A DNA stretch of 61,462 nt from Nitrosomonas sp. (lineage in GTDB: Bacteria; Pseudomonadota; Gammaproteobacteria; Burkholderiales; Nitrosomonadaceae): NCBI GenBank assembly GCA_021774055.1, contig JAJFJL010000102.1:1-61462 (forward strand), read 5' to 3'. The notes under the pieces are model-generated. The model was given only the letters and a program-made list of their open reading frames with translations, did no database searches and had not been told where the DNA came from. Positions 52,971-61,462 of the stretch are shown in pieces. The position numbers and the translations under genes were made by a program. Positions within the stretch are counted from its first letter, which is position 1. Each line of letters begins with the position of its first letter.

Positions 52971-53775
52971 CGCGGGGAGAGCCTGTTCCGTCATCTTGTT
53001 TTGAACCGTTGTCATCTTTTGATCCAGAGTCATCTTGTTTTGAACCTGTTCCGTCATCTTGTTTTGAACCTGTTTCATCTAATTTTAAACCAGATCCATC
53101 TAATTTTGAACCGATATTATCTCGATTTAGCACTTCGCTTGAAATAATGTAATGATCTAGTTCAGATACGGTTGCATCAGCGAAAGCTAAGTTATCGTTA
53201 ATAACAGGAATAGCAATTGCCTGGAAATAAATATTGTCTCCATCGAAATCTGGATGATCGAAACCATCTAAATCTAATGAAACAACAACTGAGTTTCCTC
53301 CATTATGATTAATTCTACCTAGCGGAGTTGGAAATATATCAGGTAAGTCAGCATCATCAACAGCTGCTACATTGTAAGCTGAAATAATTTGTGTTGTTTC
53401 ACGATCAAGATATAAATTATTTAACTGTAAATCACTCCACTGAGAAGGGTCACCTTCGAAAGTACTGTAGGCAAGAAAGATAACAACTGGATGCTCTTGG
53501 TTTTGAATATGATTAATAATAAAATCAATCCGTGGCACCCGCTGGCCATCACTAAATGCATTACTGCCAGAAAAGATAGTGCCTGATGCTTCTCTATTTT
53601 GCGGTGGTAACAGAATGTCTGGCGGAAAACCAACTTGGTCTAGTGATAGAGGCGGCCCAAATGAATCTTGCTCAGATTGCATTTTACCCAGGCCACCAGC
53701 GGAAACATTACATGATGCTACCGCTAGCTTCCCTGCAACTGCTACAGAAGCGACATTTTTAAGATGAATTTTCAT
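52948..53775 (-). CDS. Hypothetical, probably exported acidic protein with C-terminal GSK(Q/L)DD repeats
   Basis: Strong AAGGAG SD, Ala/Val-rich signal-like N-terminus and repeat tail. Confidence 0.75.
   Translation of the reverse strand: MKIHLKNVASVAVAGKLAVASCNVSAGGLGKMQSEQDSFGPPLSLDQVGFPPDILLPPQNREASGTIFSGSNAFSDGQRVPRIDFIINHIQNQEHPVVIFLAYSTFEGDPSQWSDLQLNNLYLDRETTQIISAYNVAAVDDADLPDIFPTPLGRINHNGGNSVVVSLDLDGFDHPDFDGDNIYFQAIAIPVINDNLAFADATVSELDHYIISSEVLNRDNIGSKLDGSGLKLDETGSKQDDGTGSKQDDSGSKDDNGSKQDDGTGSPRDDGGKSS
52960..53112 (-). repeat. Imperfect 18-24-bp tandem repeat encoding about 7 GSKQDD-like units
   Basis: GTCATCTTGTTTTGAACC occurs three times, plus variants such as CATCTAATTTTGAACC. 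Confidence 0.85.
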
Positions 53776-53934
53776 TCTTTACTCCTTAAATTAAGTATAA
53801 CGATCAAACTACTGGTTAGTTTTCTGAAATAAATATCAATCTAGTAGATGGTAGCACTGATCTTACTATAACTAAATTATCATTATATATTAGACTCTTC
53901 ATATCAATCCAAAAATCATATTAACGTTTGTTTG

Positions 53935-54030
53935 GTGCCTATTTATTCACTGTCATTCCAGCTAGAGATATGCTGAAATGACAGAATGAGTGTTTCATAG
54001 CAGCCATATCTGACACTGTTTCAATATAAC
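53935..54030. repeat. GTCATTCC hairpin element
   Basis: TGCCTATTTA...TGTCATTCCAGC...GCTGAAATGACA...GTGTTTCATAGCAGC, matching 17387-17470 and 15586-15618. Confidence 0.6.
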
Positions 54031-54080
54031 ATATTGTTTTATTGAAAAGTATAAACTGTATTGCACACAAATACTACATA

Positions 54081-56381
54081 TCATTCCAGCTTAAAATCTG
54101 CCGGAAAATCATCAACCATAATAGCTTTACGACGTAAAGCTTGCATTTTCTCTAGCTCTTCTGCCTCTTCTTTGGTGATTATGTTACGAGCCAATGCATC
54201 AATAATTTTATTGTCTTTTTCTGCCGAGATTTGATTTGCCTTAACAGCATTACGTAATTTTGCTTCAATTGCCTCACACTTAATTGCGTATTGTAGTGCT
54301 TGCTCTAAATCAGCCAACGGTTCATCACCTGTTATTGGAACATAAATTCCGTCAGTTAGACGATCACGTGTATCTCCTGGTTTCATCATCAGCTGAGATA
54401 TTTCATGCGCCAAGGCATCAGACGGCGGAGAATAAGGCTTACCCAATGGGAATACAAAAAACCGTAGTACCCAAACCACAAAAGCGTTACTTGGGAAATT
54501 AGCTAATAATTCATCAAACGCTTGCTGCATACGATAAATCGCGTCTTGTACTGACCAATGTAATAATGGCAAATCAGATGCTGGACAGTTATCATCTTCA
54601 AAACGTTTCAATGTCGCCGAACATAAATAAAGCATGCTTAAAATATCCCCCAATCTAGCAGAAAGTCTCTCTCGACGTTTTAATGATCCACCAAGTTTTA
54701 ACAAAGAAATATCTGCCATTAATGCGAAGGCAGCAGAAAATCTAGTTAATTGCTGGTAATAATGAGCAGTTTCAGGGGAGGCTGTAGTAGGAATATCTTT
54801 TTTTATATATTTGCCTACTAAGCCATACATTAGGCTAAATACAAAATTGCGTGCACTATAGATAACATGCCCAGTCAATGCTTGATCAAAATCTTGTGAA
54901 GCACGCGTACTATCACTATCTTTAGCAGCATTAACTTCTGCCAAGATGTAAGGATGACAACGAATTGCTCCTTGACCAAATATAATCATGGAGCGGGTCA
55001 AAATATTTGCGCCCTCTACCGTAATGCTAACAGGGATATGTTGATAGGCACGCCCAAGATAGTTGTTTGGTCCAAGACAAATACCTTTGCCACCATGAAT
55101 ATCCATCGCGTCATTAATTGTTTGGCGAGCACGCTCGGTAAGATGATATTTAACAATTGCTGAAATAACTGATGGCTTTTCACCCAAATCTACTGCGCTT
55201 GCAGTCATTACTCGAGCAGCTTCCATCATGTAGGTATTACCACCGATGCGGGCTAATGCTTCTTCAATACCTTCAAAGTTACCAATTGGTGTTTTAAACT
55301 GTACTCGCACCCGACTATAAGCTCCGCTAGTACGTGCTGCTAATTTAGCTGCACCAGTACTGGTCGCTGGCAATGAAATAGAACGTCCAGCCGCAAGACT
55401 GTTCATTAACATACGCCAACCATGACCTACGCCATCCTGCCCACCAATGACCCATTCCATAGGAACAAAAACATCTTCACCAGAATTAGGGCCATTCTGA
55501 AAAGCAGCATCCAATGGTAAATGACGGCGACCAATATTAACCCCTGGAGTATTGGTTGGTATCAGCGCCAAGGTAATACCTAAAGCTTCCTTGCCACCAA
55601 GCAATTGATCTGGATCATACAGTTTGAAAGCCAGACCAAGTACTGTCGCAATAGGGCCAAGGGTAATGTAGCGTTTTTCCCAAGTAACACGCATTCCCAG
55701 CACATCTTGTTGACCATTATATTCACCACGACAAACAATCCCCTTATCAGGTATTGATCCTGCATCTGACCCTGCGTCTGGTGAAGTTAATGCAAAACAT
55801 GGAACCTCGACACCTTTTGCTAAACGTGGAAGATAATAATCCTTTTGTTCTTCAGTACCATAATGCAGTAACAGCTCTGCTGGTCCCAATGAATTTGGCA
55901 CCATAACAGATACTGCGGCAGTTCCACTGCGCGAGCCAATTTTCATAACTACTTCAGAATGCGCTAGTGCAGAAAATCCATAACCGCCATATTGCTTAGG
56001 AATAATTAAGCCAAAGAAACCATTATCTTTAATAAATTGCCATACGCTTGCTGGCAAATCATGTTGTTCATGTACGATCTGCCATTCATTTAGCATGCTG
56101 CAAAGCTGCTCTACTGGCCCATCAAGAAAAGCTTTTTCTTCTACACTTAATTGTGTGTTTTTGTAAGCTAATAGTTTATTCCAATCAGGTTTGCCGCTAA
56201 ATAAATCACTATCCCACCATACCGTACCGGCATCAAGTGCTTCCTGTTCAGTTTGTGAAATCTGTGGCAACATGCGCCGAAAAACTTTTAGAATTTGATT
56301 CGATACAATAAAGCGGCGTAATAATGGAACAAAAAGAATCAAGCCACTAATGACAATTAGTGATAAAAAAACATAAAGCAT
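54081..56381 (-). CDS. fadE: Acyl-CoA dehydrogenase (FadE type)
   Basis: VPNSLGPAELL, PCFALTSPDAGSDA, KRYITL, ITVEGANILTR and ERLSARLGD motifs. Confidence 0.93.
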   Translation of the reverse strand: MLYVFLSLIVISGLILFVPLLRRFIVSNQILKVFRRMLPQISQTEQEALDAGTVWWDSDLFSGKPDWNKLLAYKNTQLSVEEKAFLDGPVEQLCSMLNEWQIVHEQHDLPASVWQFIKDNGFFGLIIPKQYGGYGFSALAHSEVVMKIGSRSGTAAVSVMVPNSLGPAELLLHYGTEEQKDYYLPRLAKGVEVPCFALTSPDAGSDAGSIPDKGIVCRGEYNGQQDVLGMRVTWEKRYITLGPIATVLGLAFKLYDPDQLLGGKEALGITLALIPTNTPGVNIGRRHLPLDAAFQNGPNSGEDVFVPMEWVIGGQDGVGHGWRMLMNSLAAGRSISLPATSTGAAKLAARTSGAYSRVRVQFKTPIGNFEGIEEALARIGGNTYMMEAARVMTASAVDLGEKPSVISAIVKYHLTERARQTINDAMDIHGGKGICLGPNNYLGRAYQHIPVSITVEGANILTRSMIIFGQGAIRCHPYILAEVNAAKDSDSTRASQDFDQALTGHVIYSARNFVFSLMYGLVGKYIKKDIPTTASPETAHYYQQLTRFSAAFALMADISLLKLGGSLKRRERLSARLGDILSMLYLCSATLKRFEDDNCPASDLPLLHWSVQDAIYRMQQAFDELLANFPSNAFVVWVLRFFVFPLGKPYSPPSDALAHEISQLMMKPGDTRDRLTDGIYVPITGDEPLADLEQALQYAIKCEAIEAKLRNAVKANQISAEKDNKIIDALARNIITKEEAEELEKMQALRRKAIMVDDFPADFKLE

Positions 56382-56406
56382 GATGATTTTCCCCGTATAA
56401 CGTATA

Positions 56407-56570
56407 ACCTGGGTCGCTGCAAGTAATCATACGTATTCCACACAACAGACTGTTTTATATATCAAACTTTGTTTTCTAGGAATATCAACCGGCATTCCTT
56501 ATAGAACAAGGTTTTCTCTATGAAACAATTTGTTACATGTTATAAATACGATTGCTTGCAAAACCCAGGT
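56407..56570. mobile_element. MITE family A, divergent full-length copy
   Basis: ACCTGGGT...ACCCAGGT ends; core CTATGAAACAATTTGTTAC. Confidence 0.8.
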
Positions 56571-56585
56571 AAAAGACAAACATAA

Positions 56586-57077
56586 ATGAAAAATAGCACT
56601 AACCAACATCCTGAGCTCATATCTAAATTACTATTATTAGGATATGGTAACCCTGGGCGTGGTGATGATGCATTAGGCCCCCTGTTCATAGAATGTATCA
56701 AGCAATTAAATTTCAAGCATGTTATCTGCCAAAATGATATGCAATTACAGATTGAGCATGTTACTGATATGACAGAATGCGATCAAATATTATTTATTGA
56801 TGCGGATACATCATGCCATGAACCATACAACTTTTCTATGCTAACAGCTGCAAAAGATAATAGTTACACCAGTCATGCAATAACCCCTGCCGCACTTCTG
56901 TATGGTTATTATCAAGTATATGGTCGTAATGCGCCATCAGCTTTTTTATTGCGTATTCGTGGTTATCAATTTACTTTAGGTGATCCTTTAAGCAGTCAGG
57001 CGGCAATTAACCTGGCAGCAGCTATTAAATTTGCAAGTCAAATGTGTAGGCGTGGCAAATTGGAGATTTATGCGTAA
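56586..57077 (+). CDS. Hydrogenase maturation protease (HoxW-like)
   Basis: LLLGYGNPGRGDDALG, LFIDA and SH motifs; precedes hypAB. Confidence 0.88.
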   Translation: MKNSTNQHPELISKLLLLGYGNPGRGDDALGPLFIECIKQLNFKHVICQNDMQLQIEHVTDMTECDQILFIDADTSCHEPYNFSMLTAAKDNSYTSHAITPAALLYGYYQVYGRNAPSAFLLRIRGYQFTLGDPLSSQAAINLAAAIKFASQMCRRGKLEIYA

Positions 57078-57119
57078 CTTCTTCGGTTGCCAAGTTAAGG
57101 AACATGCGTGAGGTAATGC

Positions 57120-57461
57120 ATGCATGAATTGTCATTAGCTGAAAATATATTGCAAATTATAGAAGATGCAGCACACCAACAAAATTTTACCTGTGTCAAA
57201 ACTGTATGGCTAGAAATTGGTCAGTTGGCTTGTGTTGAACAGGAGTCCCTACGTTTCTACTTTAAAATAGTTAGCAATGACAGCGTAGCACAGCAGGCAA
57301 AGCTGGAAATTATAACTCTAGCAGGGCAAGCTTGGTGTGATCAATGCCAGCTTGAAGTAACACTTGCTTCACTTCATGATTCATGTCCTAATTGTGATCA
57401 ATACGGATTAAAAATTACTGGTGGTGATACCATGCAAATTAAAGAACTGGAGGTTGAATAA
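57120..57461 (+). CDS. hypA: Nickel metallochaperone HypA
   Basis: MHELSLA and two CxxC motifs. Confidence 0.96.
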   Translation: MHELSLAENILQIIEDAAHQQNFTCVKTVWLEIGQLACVEQESLRFYFKIVSNDSVAQQAKLEIITLAGQAWCDQCQLEVTLASLHDSCPNCDQYGLKITGGDTMQIKELEVE

Positions 57462-58244
57462 ATGTGTACAACATGTGGCTGTGGAACCGGACAAACCCAT
57501 ATCGATGGGGAAACAATACATCAGCATGACACCATTCATTCACATTCACATGCACCAGGAATAAGTCCGTCGCGCATGGTAAAAATCGAACGTGATATTC
57601 TGTCTGAAAATAATCGTTATGCAAATGAAAATCGTCGCAAGCTATCCGAGCAGGGAATTTTCTCATTAAATCTGGTTTCCAGTCCTGGCTCAGGCAAAAC
57701 CACTCTATTGGTAGAAACAATTAACTTGTTACGTGGAAAACATCCACTTGCAGTGATCGAAGGTGACCAACAAACCGATAATGATGCTGCACGTATTCGT
57801 GCTACAGGAGCTGCAGTCTTGCAAATCAACACCGGCAAAGGTTGTCATCTGGATGCACACATGATTAATCACGCTATGCAGAAGTTAAATCTGCAGAACA
57901 ATAGCCTGTTACTAATTGAGAATGTTGGTAATTTAGTTTGCCCAGCAAATTTTGATTTAGGTGAAGCTCACAAAGTAGTCATCTTGTCGGTAACAGAAGG
58001 GGAAGATAAACCACTTAAATATGCCGACATGTTTCGCGCGGCAGATCTTATGCTGCTTAATAAATGTGACTTATTACCTTATGTATCCTTTGATGTTGAT
58101 CTTGCAATTGAATACGCGCACCGAATCAACCCCACACTACCAGTGATACAAATCTCTGCCACCAATGGCGATGGTATGCAAGAATGGCTAAATTGGGTTA
58201 ACACAGGATGCCAAAAACAATGCGCTAAAGCAATAATGGCTTAA
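57462..58244 (+). CDS. hypB: Nickel-insertion GTPase HypB
   Basis: MCTTCGC, short His-rich stretch, [14 protein letters not shown] and [10 protein letters not shown]. Confidence 0.97.
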   Translation: MCTTCGCGTGQTHIDGETIHQHDTIHSHSHAPGISPSRMVKIERDILSENNRYANENRRKLSEQGIFSLNLVSSPGSGKTTLLVETINLLRGKHPLAVIEGDQQTDNDAARIRATGAAVLQINTGKGCHLDAHMINHAMQKLNLQNNSLLLIENVGNLVCPANFDLGEAHKVVILSVTEGEDKPLKYADMFRAADLMLLNKCDLLPYVSFDVDLAIEYAHRINPTLPVIQISATNGDGMQEWLNWVNTGCQKQCAKAIMA

Positions 58245-58245
58245 T

Positions 58246-59370
58246 TTGGATAATTTAGTTGCTGCAACAATTACCCTCCCGGCTAGTGGACCATCGGTAC
58301 TCGCCTGTGGTGCTTGGCTAAAAAATACCGTCTGTATTACACAAGATAACCAGGCTTATGTTTCATCGCTTATTGGTGATCTTGACAGTGCCGAGGCCAG
58401 GCTAGTACTAGATAATACGGTCAAACGCATGTGCCAGACGCTTAATATAAAGCCTGAAGTTGTAGCACACGACTTGCACCCTGATTTTTACAGTACACAG
58501 TTTGCAATGGCCTATGCCACACAACATGACCTTCCGATTATTGCAGTGCAACATCATCATGCCCATATTGCTGCTATCTGCGCTGAACATGAAATCACTG
58601 ACGCAGTACTTGGACTTGCTCTAGATGGAGTAGGGTTAGGAATAGACAATAAACCCTGGGGCGGTGAATTATTACATGTAAAGGGTAGTCAATTTCAACG
58701 GCTTGGACATTTATCACCACTGATCATGCCAGGTGGTGACCGTGCTGCACAAGAACCTTGGCGTATGGCAGCGGGTGTATTATTTCAATTAAATCGTAGC
58801 GATGAAATTACTCGGCGCTTTTCCGCTCAATCTGCTGCAGCTACAGTTACGTCTATGCTGCAGCAGCGATTAAATTGCCCTGTCACCTCCAGCATGGGAC
58901 GATTATTTGATGCTGCGACAGGCTTGCTAGGTGTAAACGAGATACAAGCCTATGAAGCTCAAGCTGCGCTACAACTACAACAATTGGCTGAACAGCATGG
59001 GCCGGTTGCTGCACTGACACAAGGTTATCGTATTAGCAAAGATAATGTGCTGGATTTCTTACCACTGCTGGTTGCGCTGATTGATTGTCCCCAAGTGAAA
59101 AATGACATCTCCTATGGTGCCGCGCTGTTTCACGCTACACTAGCTGCCGGTTTAGCTGAATGGGTGAAAAATGCTGCTAACAAATCTAAGCTGGTAAAAA
59201 TTGCACTGGGTGGCGGTTGTTTTCATAATGAAGTTTTGTTAACCGCCCTAAAAAATAATCTTTGTTCAAGCCAATACCAGGTATTGACCGCACGACAAAT
59301 GCAGCCCAATGACAGTGCCATTTCTTTAGGACAAGCTTGGGTGGTTATGCAGAGAAAAGTAACCAGCTAA
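58246..59370 (+). CDS. hypF: Short-form carbamoyltransferase HypF (C-terminal Kae1-like domain only)
   Basis: AHDLHPD, VQHHHAH, LDGVG, SSMGRLFD, GGCFHN and PNDSAISLGQ; 374 aa. Confidence 0.9.
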   Translation: MDNLVAATITLPASGPSVLACGAWLKNTVCITQDNQAYVSSLIGDLDSAEARLVLDNTVKRMCQTLNIKPEVVAHDLHPDFYSTQFAMAYATQHDLPIIAVQHHHAHIAAICAEHEITDAVLGLALDGVGLGIDNKPWGGELLHVKGSQFQRLGHLSPLIMPGGDRAAQEPWRMAAGVLFQLNRSDEITRRFSAQSAAATVTSMLQQRLNCPVTSSMGRLFDAATGLLGVNEIQAYEAQAALQLQQLAEQHGPVAALTQGYRISKDNVLDFLPLLVALIDCPQVKNDISYGAALFHATLAAGLAEWVKNAANKSKLVKIALGGGCFHNEVLLTALKNNLCSSQYQVLTARQMQPNDSAISLGQAWVVMQRKVTS

Positions 59371-59440
59371 AAGTAGTGGCGCTTTTTATATCTATACAGT
59401 TTTTGCTAGTATTTATCAGCAAACAAATTATAATTTAACC

Positions 59441-61180
59441 ATGACATCACCACAAACATCAAATATTATACCTCTGCCACCTGCTGCGATAGCACAAGGA
59501 GATTACGGCTTTATCGGTCGTGACCATATCGTTAAAACATTGGAGCGAGCATTACAACAACAAGCCCAAGCCGGATTACTTATACACGGCATAGCCGGTA
59601 TCGGCAAAACCACGCTAGTTCAAGGTTTCTTAAAGTGGCTGCAACAAACTAATAGTTTAAAAGCAAATATTTTCTGGTTTCGTTTTGATGATATTCGTAG
59701 TTTTGAGTTTATGGTCAATCAAATGATAGAAGGATTATTTGGTGCCGAGGCTCTAATTTCTCCTATACAACAAAAGATGGATAATTTATGCGCGGTATTC
59801 AAACAAAATCCATTTATTTTGGTGTGGGATAACTTCGAATACGCCAGTGGTCTTGAAGATATGGAGCTTATGCCCCTGTTATCTGTTGATGATAGAAAGC
59901 AACTTAAAGAATTTTTACAGCGGTTACATAATAGCAAAACCAAAGTCATTATCACCAGTTGCTTAACAGAAAACTGGCTATCCAATACCGAATGCACTCG
60001 TATGCCACTAGGCGGATTACAAGGTGAAGAATTCTGGCAATATTGTCATGCCGTAGCACACCACTTTGGTCTTGCACTGGATCATGATGATATCAACTAC
60101 CGCAACTTAATGGAAAAACTACATGGGCACCCACTGGCCATGCGGGCAGTATTGCTAAAATTGGATGAAACCCCCGTCAATATTTTGTTGCAAGAATTTG
60201 AACAAATTTCTGACCATACTGAGCCAGGTGAAGTAATTGCCCATACCAACGCGGCTTTTGGGTTGCTAGAAAGTAGCTTTCCGCCAGAATACACTGCTGT
60301 ATTGCAATTTATCGGACTGCACCAACGTTATCTGCAACTGAATACGCTGGTAGATATGATGAGAAACAGTGAGTTGGCAACAGGTAAAATTATTATCAAA
60401 GCTTGTATTACCGTACTGGAACACGTAGGGCTCTTGCGCCCACAGGAAAAAGGTATCTATACCATACACCCTGTGCTGAACCAATACCTGAAACACCATC
60501 ATCCCGCTGAAGCTGCAGTGCAAGCTGCTTTTGTTGATTTAATGGGATATTTTGCAGATCACCTGGCAGCAAAAGAATTCAATGAACAACGCGCACCTTT
60601 CTTTATACACAGCGCAAACTTTTATTACGCATTGTCATTGGCGAGAACATTTGAAATGGACGGCCATGCAGTCGCGTTGACACAATCTCTGGCAGTTTTT
60701 GCCCAGAACAATCAAGATTTCGAAGGTGCTATGCGCTTGTATGAAAGCCTAGCTAACCTTTACAGTCAGCATAGCGACGACTTAGGCTTGGCCAGTTGCT
60801 ACCATCAACTGGGCAGAATCGCCCAAGAGCGGCGCGACTTTGTATCTGCTGAACAATGGTATTTAAGATCTTTAGCTATGAAAGAACAAGATGGTGATGA
60901 ACAAGGAATTGCTAACACCTACGCCCAGCTTGGGACTCTGAAGCAAATACAACAGCATTGGATAACGGCTGCACAATGGTTTATTAAAGCTGCAGTCATC
61001 TTCAATAATAGTAATGACATCGAATCTGTTGCACGTGTCGCTAAGATTTATATCGCGTTGTTGCAGCAAAGTGGTGCGTCACATCAGAATGAGATCAATC
61101 GCTTATGGCAACAGTCTGGTATGGAACAGACAGCAGATTTATTTGAAGAATCGAATAAAATAGATAGAAATTATCATTAA
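59441..61180 (+). CDS. STAND (NB-ARC-like) NTPase with C-terminal TPRs
   Basis: GFIGRD, IHGIAGIGKTT, LVWDNFE, GHPLA, IHP and TPR-like ASCYHQLGRIAQERRDF. Confidence 0.85.
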   Translation: MTSPQTSNIIPLPPAAIAQGDYGFIGRDHIVKTLERALQQQAQAGLLIHGIAGIGKTTLVQGFLKWLQQTNSLKANIFWFRFDDIRSFEFMVNQMIEGLFGAEALISPIQQKMDNLCAVFKQNPFILVWDNFEYASGLEDMELMPLLSVDDRKQLKEFLQRLHNSKTKVIITSCLTENWLSNTECTRMPLGGLQGEEFWQYCHAVAHHFGLALDHDDINYRNLMEKLHGHPLAMRAVLLKLDETPVNILLQEFEQISDHTEPGEVIAHTNAAFGLLESSFPPEYTAVLQFIGLHQRYLQLNTLVDMMRNSELATGKIIIKACITVLEHVGLLRPQEKGIYTIHPVLNQYLKHHHPAEAAVQAAFVDLMGYFADHLAAKEFNEQRAPFFIHSANFYYALSLARTFEMDGHAVALTQSLAVFAQNNQDFEGAMRLYESLANLYSQHSDDLGLASCYHQLGRIAQERRDFVSAEQWYLRSLAMKEQDGDEQGIANTYAQLGTLKQIQQHWITAAQWFIKAAVIFNNSNDIESVARVAKIYIALLQQSGASHQNEINRLWQQSGMEQTADLFEESNKIDRNYH

Positions 61181-61198
61181 ATTAAAGATATATTTAGA

Positions 61199-61300
61199 AC
61201 CTAGATCCTGCAAGTAATCGTACATATAATGTGCAACAAATTGTTTCATAGAGTGAATCTTATTCTGCGTAGAATACTTATTGATATTCCCAAAGAATAA
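61199..61300. mobile_element. MITE family A copy, truncated on the right
   Basis: Matches the 7669 and 9609 copies up to AAAGAATAA, then diverges. Confidence 0.8.
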
Positions 61301-61323
61301 GGGACGAGGAAATAATAAATCAT

Positions 61324-61462
61324 TAGGACTTACGCATTGACAACAGGTATAAATATTGGATCAAGATTTTTAATCTCTGGCATAGTGCGCTGAATAAATC
61401 CAGTAATAACGCTATTAAACAAATCTCGCTTAAGTTCATAACAATTATTGATGATCTCTGAT
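61324..61462 (-). mobile_element. Probable IS end with transposase C-terminal fragment
   Basis: Minus-strand frame ...SEIINNCYELKRDLFNSVITGFIQRTMPEIKNLDPIFIPVVNA* stops at 61330, inside the putative IR TGCGTAAGTCCTA. Family not determined. Confidence 0.45.

Noticed and set aside
52971-53078. N-terminal QVQNKMT repeats of the 287-aa GNAT ORF as real dual coding
   Set aside because: This is the alternate-frame reading of the upstream gene's GSKQDD repeat. ATG 52970 gives a normal short overlap.
52948-53112. Graspetide precursor call
   Set aside because: No ATP-grasp ligase, transporter or recognisable leader motif nearby. Kept only as a remark in the finding.

Overview
AT-rich chromosomal segment. 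Gene content and order suggest a betaproteobacterium, probably Nitrosomonadaceae-like (inference, not verified). Both ends of the window fall in transposase fragments. The housekeeping backbone is aroC, four tRNAs, ftsYEX, rpsP-rimM-trmD-rplS, ribD-nrdR-glyA, an Mrp/Pha antiporter operon, hemF, ftsK-lolA-rarA-serS and fadE. [NiFe]-hydrogenase maturation genes are split into two blocks about 32 kb apart (hypCDEX and protease-hypABF), with no structural hydrogenase genes in view. The strongest candidate for a little-described system is a KAP-family NTPase gene followed by a NACHT NTPase with five C-terminal 22-aa leucine-rich repeats, an NLR-like architecture and possible anti-phage module (15933-19906). 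Other unusual items are an in-frame MrpG-HemF fusion, an effector-less STAND-TPR protein, a putatively exported protein with GSKQDD repeats coupled to a GNAT, a NIT-sensor GGDEF/EAL protein with an inserted domain, and an orphan KamA-type radical SAM enzyme. Intergenic DNA is dense with several MITE and REP families. In some MITE copies the two arms co-vary, and repeat ends supply the stop codons of two genes. No CRISPR array or rRNA was seen. All calls come from motif recognition by eye; no database searches were run.
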